Below, piece by piece: positions 1 through 13,828 of a stretch of DNA of 64,000 bases (the stretch's first letter is position 1; each line of letters starts with the position of its first letter). A program made the translations under genes and the position numbers. The notes under the pieces were generated by a model. That model saw nothing but the letters and a program-made list of their open reading frames with translations, had not been told where the DNA came from and searched no databases. Source of the DNA: Lobosporangium transversale (taxonomy: Eukaryota); NCBI RefSeq assembly GCF_002105155.1, contig NW_019029020.1:1-64000 (forward strand), in the 5' to 3' direction.

Positions 1-1004
1 AGACTGGTGTTCGTCATAGATCTCGATGGTGCTTCGAACATTGGTGATATTGGTGATACTGGTGACATGGATGCTGATGATGGGACAGAGACTGACATTG
101 GTGAGTTAGAGTATCTACTACTGGCGATAGTCTTGCTGTCATCGCTTCTGCGCCATTTAGCTGGACCACGAGGGGTCCCTACAGGTTTATAATAAATATT
201 ACATTGTTCCTGTTTCAGAATCTCAGAATCATTGTTGCAATTATTAGACTGTGCTTTAGTAGAAATTGGGAAAGCAATATCCTGGCTTAAGATAGCGGTC
301 TGTGCGAGATTACCCTCCTCAATCGTGGGGGCCATTGCTGACTGATATTTAAGCCGCTGTTGTTGTTTCTGTTGTTGCTGCTGGCTGAGAGGAAGAGTAG
401 CAATCTGAGACGGAATTTGTTTTCGACGATAATTAGGAAGAGAGTTACTACGGGATAAGGATGTGGATGAGGATACGGATGCGGAGGGAGAGAAAGAGGT
501 TGGAGTATGCTGGACGTCGTAATGACTATTGATCAATGGACGAATGGTTGGAGAGCCAGATTGTCTACATGTTTTGGATGCTGAGACTGTTGTCATGGAT
601 CTCGTGGGTGATGGGAAACTCAGGACGTCCTTTGGTGTTGTCTTGGCGGCTGTTGTACAATGTTGTGCCTTAATGGTACCTGGTGCAGGAAGAGTACTGT
701 CGGTGTTGCGTCGACGTTGAAGTGTATACAAAGGGGAATCATACTTTTCTGTCCGATAGGTCTGATGATGATGTTGAAAACTAGCAGGATGATGATGGCT
801 ATAGGAAAGTCTCCGGCCATTTGAGTGCTGAAAACTGGATGTGGTGGATGCAGTGGATGTGAATGATTCAGAGATGGAGCTTGAGGTTGTTTTGGTAGAG
901 TCTTTTGGTTTGGTAGAGCTCTTTTTGTCATTAGATCTATTCAGTGTTCGCAGAATCTTTGCTGCCACTCTTAGATATGATGTGGGTTTTGTTGGTTGTG
1001 ACAT
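1..1004 (-). CDS. Partial (5' part) of an unknown Ser/Thr/Pro/Gln-rich protein; runs off the left window edge
   Basis: ATG at 1004 (MSQPTKPTSYLRVAAKILRTLNRSNDKKSS...) opens a frame that I read as stop-free to base 3 (~334 codons). It is missing from the ORF track because no stop lies in the window. No domain recognised. Confidence 0.7.
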   Translation of the reverse strand, partial: MSQPTKPTSYLRVAAKILRTLNRSNDKKSSTKPKDSTKTTSSSISESFTSTASTTSSFQHSNGRRLSYSHHHPASFQHHHQTYRTEKYDSPLYTLQRRRNTDSTLPAPGTIKAQHCTTAAKTTPKDVLSFPSPTRSMTTVSASKTCRQSGSPTIRPLINSHYDVQHTPTSFSPSASVSSSTSLSRSNSLPNYRRKQIPSQIATLPLSQQQQQKQQQRLKYQSAMAPTIEEGNLAQTAILSQDIAFPISTKAQSNNCNNDSEILKQEQCNIYYKPVGTPRGPAKWRRSDDSKTIASSRYSNSPMSVSVPSSASMSPVSPISPMFEAPSRSMTNTS

Positions 1005-3344
1005 TTTTTTTTGTTTTGTTTTCTTCTTATGATATACGGGGCGTCAATGAAGAGCAAATGCACAAATTGCAGACAGATCTGAGACAGATAAGGGAAAGAA
1101 AAGAAAGAGAAGCAAAAAAAAAAAGAAAGGAAAAAAGAGAGGAGAAGAGGAAAAAAAAAAAAAGAGAGAGAGAGAGAAGAGGGGGATGATATATAAGGGA
1201 TGGTCTCTGTTGTGGGAAGAGGAAGTGGCGGGAAATAGGCAAAGAACAAAGAGATAATTCTGTGCGATCTGTGATAACCTTCGCCTGTATTGAAATTTAG
1301 ACCAAAACGGGGAGAAGTCGGCAAATATACAAATGAAGGAGTGATAAATAAATAAAGTGAGGACTGTCATGGCAGATAAAATGAGCCAAAAAAGAAGGAG
1401 TTGATGCATTGAAAAATAGAATACATTCCTATTGTTTGTCTCAACACACTTTTTATTAATATATCCATTGTATTACCATATCTATTCTATTCTATTAAGC
1501 AATTGCTATGCCAAGAGTTATATGTTATTAAATAGTGCTTACATTATTGAGATGCTGACGTGGGTTTGGAAAGTGAATGAGGATGGATGCGGACTAATCA
1601 GGCCTGTCAGAGACCCTGCTTGGCGGTTATTTTTTTTTTTTTATCCATATTTTAACCCTTTTGAATCGGGGAACGAATTAAAAGGAAAAGGTTGGAATCG
1701 GACACGTCCAGTTCACTGTGCAGCTAGACTGCCTAGTCCGACTTTGGTAAAGACTGTTAAAGAATAAGAGCAGAAACGAATATTTAAAGAATGGAAAAAG
1801 ATCCCTTGCCAGTTGGTTGGTTAGTTTGTTGGTTAGTTAGCTGATTGGATAGTTGGTTAAATCCTTAGTCGTTACTCATCCCTTGTCTACTAATAGACTT
1901 TTTGAACTATTTGACTGAATCGTACTTGATTTTGGGCGTCGACAAATGAATCAAAATGTGCCCTTAATCATTTTCACTCGTCCTGTCGAGATCAAACAAC
2001 AATAGTAACAATAACCAGCAGCAACAGAAGCAGCAGCACTAGAAATACTTCGCTACATGTTCTAGAGTTTATTCAATTTGCTCCACCGCCTCATCGCTAC
2101 TCAGGGGCAGTGGAGAAAGGGAAAAAAAAGGAGGAAAAAAAAAGTAGAAAAGAGCAAGGAACCTACATTTTTGTACTGTTGTGGTTATAGTCAAAGAGAA
2201 CTTTTTTAATTTTAGTGTTCACACGCTGCAGCTCCATTTGTAAAGAAATGCATGCTTATACTGCGAGGACCTACGGATCTTATGCAAGGCATTCGAGAGC
2301 ACCCATAATTTCGGGAGAATATTATTAAAAAAAAGTTGGCGCGCAAAAAACAACCTCGTTCTATCCGTAATCTGTCATTGATAATCCATAATCAAGCTCT
2401 CTCTTTCCTTTCATTTGGTTTCCCTCTTACTCAAGCAGCTGAACACGCCAATGAACAAGCTCTGTTCTTTTTGCTTTTCTTGTGAAGTTTTGAAAATGTT
2501 CCTAGCGTTTCCAATATAAAGTGAGGTTTTGTATCACCATGAGTTTATTTAGTCCAGTGCATGCCTGTGTTCCCTTCTCTTGGTCAGGGGTGAATCCTTT
2601 TTTCCTTAGAGCCTGAAGAATAATAATAAAAAGCCATCGTAATCTAGAGTTTGCTGGTGATGGAAACTCTACAGACATTCATACTCAGATAGGACGACCT
2701 GCACTCTTTTTCATAGCTCAAGAATCAACTTTCCTTTTTTTTTTTTTATTTTTTTTTTTTTTTTTTATTTTTTTTTTAGTCCCGGTCACCGCAAAGGTTG
2801 AAGAGAAACTCTACCGTAAAGGATGATTGTGATCCTAATGTTTCAGTCACCCTGACAAACTCTCTTTACTTCGGATAAAGAATGATTGGCTCTGTCTTTT
2901 GTTCAATGTTTATATATAAATTTATATACAATGTCTGCCCTAGATCAACTTTTCTCTAGAAAACGCTGGACGCGTCGTGTAAATGTGCATCAAAGCAACC
3001 ATGTTTTTTGCAAGTGTATATAACATATGAACAAATAGGTCTTCTTTTTCTTTCTTTCTTTCTCTCCTTTTCATATTTCTATTTGCATGTGCAGAGAGGG
3101 CACCATGAACTTTGTAAGCAAGTCGATCACAACCAAGCCCCAGCTCTTGTCTGACAAATAAGTATATCCTCACACACATGCGGCTTTGCTTTCCCACTGA
3201 TTTTTTTTTTCTCACAATATAAATTCGATTTGCAAGAGCTGCTTCTCCTTGTTCTCCTCTCCACTCTTTTCTTCTTTCATCCTATAATTGCTTTTTCAGT
3301 CTTTTTGTTAATATCAAAAGGAAAAGAGAAAAGAACAGCTTCTC

Positions 3345-4428
3345 ATGACAACCCCTTCCCCTGTCCACGGTCCGTACCCTCGTGTGTACCTTGTTCGTCA
3401 TGGCACAACCGAATGGAGCCAGAATGGCCGCCACACTGGTCTGACAGATATTCCCCTCCTACCAAGCGGGATCGAGCAAGCCAAGTTGTTGTCTGAACGG
3501 TATTGAGGAAACAGAGCAAAAAAAAAAAAAAATAATCAAAAACTGATGCAGAACAGTCTAAAGCACGAAGAACGAAATGCATCTAATCGGCGGATTGCTC
3601 CTGTTGTTTTCTTTTTTTTTTTTTTTTTTTTTTTTTCCTCCTAGTATTTTCGAGAATCCATTCCAGGATATGGTCCATATCGATAATATTTCTCTAGTTC
3701 TCGTCTCACCTCTTCAACGCGCTCAACAGACTTACCAACAGTTATTACAAGGAGGCCTCTCCAAGGAACAACGTGAAGGAACGAGTCAACACCATTCTTC
3801 TTGTTTTACTCGAACACAAGCTCGTACAACCTCTTTATTGACCGAATGGGATTACGGCGACTATGAAGGAATTACCACCAAAGAGATCCTTAAGTCCCGC
3901 CCGACCTGGTCTTTATTCGGTGATAATGCTCCTGGAGGTGAAACCGTTGAACAAGTCTCGGCTCGTGCAGATGCTATCATTGAACTCATCCATAATTTCC
4001 AACGAGGCCAGAATTCCGATGGGAAAAAGACCAACACATTGAGAATGCCTTTTTCAGGACCGGAAATTGTTAACGCTGCCGCTTCTGCCGAGACTTTACG
4101 ACAGTCAGAACATACCATTCAAGAAAACAGAGATAATAATCAACGTCATCATGATCACGCTAACAATGTCCAACCCACAATCGATAAGGCAGTCGTAACC
4201 ATTCCTGATAATCCTACGACGCGTGACGTCTTGGTAGTAGCTCATGGACATTTCTTGCGAGTCTTTGCAGCCCGATGGCTCAGATTAGATGGCATCCAAG
4301 GCAAGAACTTTGTCCTCGACACGGCTAGTGTTTCTGTTCTCGGATATGAACATACTCTGGAGGAACGTGTCATCAAAGTCTGGAACCAAAGCAACCATCT
4401 CTGGAAGGATAACACTCGTATCGGCTAG
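3345..4428 (+). CDS. Histidine phosphatase / phosphoglycerate mutase family protein, SHB17-like; exons 3345-3499 and 3645-4428
   Basis: Exon 1 encodes [26 protein letters not shown] (RHG motif). A GT-AG intron at 3500-3644 joins in frame to [18 protein letters not shown] and [17 protein letters not shown]. Confidence 0.9.
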
Positions 4429-4571
4429 AGGAAGAAAGAAGAAAGGAAAAAAAAAAAAAAAAAAAAGTAAAGACACGCTTCACGTAATTGTATCTTTGAA
4501 AGGAAAAAGTCTCGATTCATTTTATTTTATTTGTTTTATTAAGCGCCCAATATGGATTACATCTAAGTTTC

Positions 4572-6282
4572 TTAAATCTTGACAGCGGTCCATGTGGCGC
4601 ATTCATAAACATATTTCAACATTCCATGGGGATTGGCCATATATGTACTCTTAGTTGTTCCCTGTGTCTCAAACCTAAAACCAATCGTCTTGGCCAAATC
4701 AATCACCTCTTCAAGACTCAACTCGATAGAAATCTCGTTGGCTGTGTTCTCGAAATGCCATAGCAGTGGTCCTAAGAAATCGTTGGATAGGAAAGAAAAA
4801 AAAAAGCGGATATCGATTAGTCAGTCGATTCTCTCCACTGCCAACTTAATCAACTGGGGCACAGGATTAGCTGATCTTTTTTTTGTCTAAGATTAGATCC
4901 CTGGGCCAACTCAAATCCCGTAAATAGATAGCTGTTCTAGTTAATTTTATTTTTTTTACCCCAACTAGGGTGGATCAAAAAAAAAAAAAAAAATTCCTGC
5001 AAAGTTGGTCATTAATGTCGCTGTTGTCGGCATCCACACGATCACTTCCGAATAGCAATTCTCCATACTGGGCAATGTGTGTCTTTCGGTGGTAGGAGTT
5101 TCAACCGAGGGGAAAGCCCCAGTCCTGCTTCATTTTGTTGATCCGTATGATATTCCTACAAATGATTAGAAATCCGCGTAGTGATATATTTTTTTGCCTT
5201 CTAGAGCCTCTATCTCCCCACATTGTGTATATTTTATATTAGGATTCACAATAGCAACAATAGAAAAAGGGCCTGTCTTGGATTCAAAACTTACCAGCAT
5301 TGATCCAGATACCACCCTTCTTAAGGATCTTGTAGATTGTTTCTAGATAGTTGACGATATTCTTGGCCGTATCAATGAAGAAGCACGTCACCACAGCATC
5401 CCATTTTCCTATTTGAGTCGCCCCCATTGATATGAAAAAGAGAATGTAGAAAAAAAGGTCAGCGAAATAGAATGATTATAGATATATGGAGAAAAGGAAG
5501 AAGAGAAGCGAAAGGATCCCAATCCGAGCCAGTGCATTTGATCCGATTTTTGCAAGAGTTTTTTTTTTTCTCTTTACCAAAGTTTTCGTTTTCCAATCCA
5601 TAGACTTCCAAAAAGTCGCCTGCAACCATTGAAAAGTCCGTGCCCGGAGGAATCTCCCGGGGGTCCACATCTGGGATTCTCGCCTCCATCAAGACATCGT
5701 CCGACTTTACAATATTTGAAAATGAATGAATATATGGATAAATCAAATGTTGATTCACAGCCGTTGTCTTGTTGAGAATGAAGTTCGAAGCCAATAACAT
5801 GTAGTATGAAAATTCGTTTCCTTGAGCACTAAATCCTGCATGTGCGATGTCGAACGCTAAACGTCCTAATCCTGAACCCGGTACTAAAATATGAATCCCT
5901 CCACGAGCTTGCTTGGAAATATGAGAGAACCGAGCTTCCAGTTCTTCTATAATGGGATCATAAATGGCTTCTCTTTCTGATTTTCCCTAGGTAATAAAAA
6001 AATAAAATTAGATCTTTTTGCCTTCTCTTGCCCTGATGATGAAAAAAAAATTTACCTCTTCGCTCCAATCGCGCACAAACTGCTTAATCGTCCCTTGTAC
6101 TTTTTCCATATCAGGCTGCCGAATCCGAAGTGCCGCTGCATTCTTGGCTCTGTCATTCAAGTCTAACTATGCAATAAAAAATAAAATAAAAAGAAATTCA
6201 CTGCTGGGGTCAGAACATAAAAGAGACATGAACATGAGTACGGACTCGGACACAAGGGTTGACACGGATGAGCAAGGGAATT

Positions 6283-6315
<33 letters not shown>

Positions 6316-7055
6316 CCGTTATATATATACCTTAGCCATAGGTCGATCATCATTCACAAAGATCTGTTGATCTTCACAGATGATCTTGATGATTTCATAG
6401 TTGACTTCGATTGCCGTATCAATTTTCTCCATCCTCTCGAGGTAAGAAGGAAGCATCCTTGTAAATGAACAAATAAAAATAAACATTAAAAAGAAGATAA
6501 TGAAAATAAAGGCAAAAGTGCGTTATCGTAAATAGCATTTTTTTCCCCCTCTTTTCCTTGTCATTGTATCTTTTTTTTTGTACTTTACTTTTGTTGTCTC
6601 TCTGGTAAAGAATAAAAATCTGTCCGTCTTCGATGGTTCGCATACATGGCTGAAGCTTTATATTGTGAAAATGCCTTGATGATCTTATGAAAATGTAATG
6701 CTTCTTCATGGATATCATTCTCTTCTGACGTGCTACTTTCGTGTTCCTGTTTATGATCGTGTCCATGGCTATGATCATGGCTATGGCTATGACTATGGCT
6801 ATGGTCGTGACTATGTCCAAGCTCACGATGATCGCCAAAATGATTATGGTCATGCTCGTGATTATGGTCATGGGAGTGTCCATGCCCAACAAGGTGATTT
6901 CTCTCATCTATACTAAAGCTCATGTCAAAGTCTTCATCGTGGTCAATTTCGTCCGTAAAAGGATCCTTGCCTTGTCCCTGAAGAGGGAAATCCTGTTGTC
7001 GGATGCCGGGCTGAAGGCTAGAAGACTGTTGTCCAATATTTGGCGGGTTACTCAT
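4572..7055 (-). CDS. CARNMT1: Carnosine N-methyltransferase (CARNMT1/N2227-like) with a His-rich N-terminus; 6 exons
   Basis: Spliced motifs: [23 protein letters not shown] (SAM-binding), [56 protein letters not shown]. Start MSNPP at 7055; TAA at 4572-4574. Confidence 0.9.
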
Positions 7056-7885
7056 GGCTTTACAAGTCTTGGAACTGAGAGTTGATATTCTTTTTTTTTT
7101 TTTTTTAAAATTGAAAAAGGGATATCCTTCGATACTGAAGGAGTCCCCATAGATACTCAAGTAACCAAATATGCAACACCCTTAAACAAAAAATATAAGT
7201 TATTTCCCTACAAGTCATGTGGGTCATGCGGGTCATGTGAGCCAAAGTATATTTGAAAGTTCTGTCTCCACTGCCTCCATCGCCTCCAGTCTTCGCTCTT
7301 GACAGTGACTCTATTGAGCAAGAAGCACACTCTTTTTTCAGCAATATTGGCACTAAAGAGGATATTGTCTTCAACAGTCTTCAACAGTCTTCAAAAAGGA
7401 GAAGGTTTACCTACCTGGGCTAAAAACTGCCCAACATGTACTTTCAAAAAGATTGGGGTCCTCGGGTTACATGTTTGTATGAAGATGCGAAAATAAAGCC
7501 TGTCTTGGACCATACCCATATAGATGAAATAGCGTATGTGTCCAAGTGTTATGAAGACTGTAATGATTGCATATAGTACTATGATAATTGATATTTGTGT
7601 TTTGTTATACTTTTAATTTTATTACAGGATACTCTCTGGAATAGTTCATTTAAACAAGAAACAAGTCGGGTTCACTCCCTCAGAGATGTCAAGGATTGTA
7701 GGAGAAACTCTTCAATTATTTTATACCAATGAAATGGGAGATTCTTTTCCTTTACAGCATACAAGCAAGTAAACAATCGATCGTACATCGTATGTACAAG
7801 GAAGCGAAGCTTTGGGATCTTTGTGTTATATTTTCCATTACTCTTCATCTCCTCACTGGTATTTATTTAATTTATTTGTTTTTCT

Positions 7886-10871
<2,986 letters not shown>

Positions 10872-12424
10872 GAGGAACGCAAAATGAGATGTAGTTCTGG
10901 TTTTATATTGCTTGTGGTGTAAGGTATCAAGGCCAAGACAGAGTGCGAGTTTGTGAGAGTGTGAGTGAGAGTGCGGAAGTGAGAGTAAAAGAGTGAGAGT
11001 GAATGTGGATGTGTTGAGAGCGTGTAATATGCAGATAGTTAAAATGGTTTGTGTATTTTTATAGTGAGTGTGCAACAGATTGTGGGAAGGACAAGTAAAG
11101 GTGTTGGGATATGAAAAAGAGAGCTCTGAGGTTTTATAAGGCCATGGTATGGCGAAAAATCATGTTGACTGGTCTCTTTTTATCTTTTTCTATTTCTTTC
11201 TTTGCTGCCTTCTCTTGATGGGCATGCATCCTTTGGGAAAGACCGAGCATGGACTCCAATGACTCTTTTGTTGACAATGGCAACAACAACAACAACAACA
11301 ACAAAAAAGACCTCTTTAACTCTTTTCATTTTGAATTGATGCGTTTTTGTTTACCTTTCGCTTTTTTCTCTTCCGTTCCTTTCTTCCCACTCTGACTGTT
11401 ACCCGCTTACTTTCCCTCAAATAGTTTGTTCGCATAGTAATTAGAATATGTGGTTGTCCCATCTTTTCTTTTTTTGATCTTCACTCCAGTTGTAATAATA
11501 TCTCGCCCATGTGCCTTGTCTTTGACATTTTGTTTGATGATCACTCACCAATTATATCTTTTGGCTGATCGACACTGGTTACTTTATGACTTTGCAAATA
11601 GACAAAGAAAAAAAAAAAAAAAAAAAAAGGCGCGTTTCACCTTTTTTTCTTACGGATTGCTGGTGTAGACAGGGTTATTTATTCAGGGTCATCTGAGCTC
11701 TTTCAATACGGCCGGGAAATCCGTTTTGTGTAATGTGTCCTTCCCCTTCCGACCATATTGAAAGTCTTAAGAATAAATATCCCATGCAATTCTGTCGAGA
11801 GAGAGGCGGGAAGTCAAAGCATGGCCTGCAATGGGATGAGGGGTGGCATGATAATGAGAGGCAAGGGACTTGTTCGTACTACATATACACATTAATAGAA
11901 ATATATTTTTATACACACACACACACACACACTGCAAGAGAAAATATTTACAACGTTGAGGTAGATCTGTCCTTGAAATTCAATCCTGACACTATAGAGC
12001 TTTTTGATGACGTGAGTGCCGATTTCGGCACAGCCATGATCGTGATTATGTGGCTGGGTTGCCAAGTGCATCACTATTATGGCAGAAAGCAAACATGTGG
12101 TCTGTCGCGTCTGAAAAGCTGATATGAAGAAATGAAACAGGAAAAAAAAAATTGTCGCAAAGTCATGCTCGATGTCGTAGTTAAAGTCATGGGCATTCTC
12201 AGCCCATATGTCAAATGCCGGGCACCGATAGATTTTCCACTCTAGCTGAAATAAATAAAGAACGGGCTGTTTAAGAAGTAGTGTCTCTTTCTCTTTGTCT
12301 CTCTCTACTCCTTTGTTCTTACTTTTCTCCTACATTTCATTCACTCATTCAACTTGCCTCTAATTGCATTTACATTCATTTACTCGCTCACTCATTCAGT
12401 AAAGAAAAGAAGAATATTAGAAAC

Positions 12425-13605
12425 ATGTCTTTGGTCGACGAGTTCAAATCCGGGAACTTTTCTCTTTATGGACAATGGTAATAGTATGATTCAAACGGCA
12501 TGGACGAATAAAAGGGAACTTTCAATTTTAAAACTACACCACAAGCTGGAATAAATGTGCATTGCATAAATGCATTGACCACATCAACATCAAACAAACA
12601 ATAAGTTACAAGAACGAATAAGTCCAAGGATTATTTTATCTCCCTTTGACTGATCTCTATTCAATTGTTCAAATGATAGGCTCGGGCTTCTTTCCATTGT
12701 TGGTATGAATAACAACACTGCGCGTTTTTTTTTTTTTTTCTTCCAAGGAACGGCTAAACTGATGCGCCTTCTCCTTTTCGTTAGCATTGATTATTTTTGG
12801 TATTGTCAATTTTTCGCTTGGATGGTCTCTCATCGGATGGTAATAAAAAAAAAAAAAAAAAAAAAAAAAAAGCAATCCTTCATCAGACATAATAGATATT
12901 AATCCCATTTTTCTAACATCGCGTAGGATCATCGCCTTCCTCTTGGTCTTCATTGAAATCCCTCTATGCATGAAGGTAAAAGGATGAAAGAATTTTACCA
13001 CGCTATTTATTATCGCTGTTTCAATTACAAAACAGTGTATGAAGATCCGATCTCAGTCGTCTAATTTACGTTTTTTATTTTCGTCATCACAGTGTTGTCC
13101 AACTAGTGAGAAATTGTATGTTTTATTGTTTTATTGATTCAGAGAAATGTATCATATCTTTTGCTTCTTATTTTTATTTTTAAAAAAAGATATCGGAACT
13201 TACAAGTTGATGGGCTAACACGACAACGAGTTTTCTTCGCGTCACTAGTGACAGCTTCATGACCCAGTTTCACAACCCAGTTTTCCGTACCGGAGCCTAT
13301 ATTGTGTAAGTTGGGTTAAAATGCTTTGATTTTTGTGTTGGATATTTTTATCACCGGAGCGCCACCAAAAAAAAGACCAAATAGATGTTCATCGTATCAC
13401 ATGACTCACAGCTCCTTTTTTCCATTGATACAGCTTCGCTGTCTTAATGTGGGTGGCAGTTGGCGCTGGTCACAGGGGTGTACAGACTGTTTCCGCTCTG
13501 TTGTTGACTTTTGCTGCTCTCTGCTATGGATTCGCTGCATTCCGTGGTCAGACTCCTGCCTCCAGCACCATCACTGGTGGCACAGGTGTCTCCACTATTG
13601 TATAA
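12425..13605 (+). CDS. TVP18: Golgi membrane protein TVP18-like; 7 short exons
   Basis: The spliced product reads MSLVDEFKSGNFSLYGQWLGLLSIVALIIFGIVNFSLGWSLIGWIIAFLLVFIEIPLCMKCCPTSEKFDSFMTQFHNPVFRTGAYIVFAVLMW...TGGTGVSTIV*. NFSLYGQW and EIPLxxxxCPTS are Tvp18 hallmarks. All junctions are GT-AG and in phase. Confidence 0.88.
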
Positions 13606-13828
13606 AATTTGAACAACAAATAACATGAAAATGCCCAGTTTCAAACTCGTCTTTCTATAAAATTCCTTCCCTTCCTTTTTTTTCTTTTCTTTTTTTTTTT
13701 TTTTGTCACTCAACTTCTTTCTCGCTTTCTCGCTTTCTCGCTACTATAATAGTAATAAACACTAATAAATAAAACAAGAATGAATGTTTCCATCGCAGAG
13801 TTTTCTTGACAACTTTTATGAATTGTGC

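Noticed and set aside
5100..5280. Resemblance to RNase MRP (GGGGAAAGCCCC), snR30/U17 m1 (ATATTCCTA) or the U11 5' end (AAAAAGGGC)
   Set aside because: The partner motifs (MRP 3' P4 strand, U17 m2 AAACCAT, U11 body and Sm site) were not found at suitable spacing, so I made no family call.
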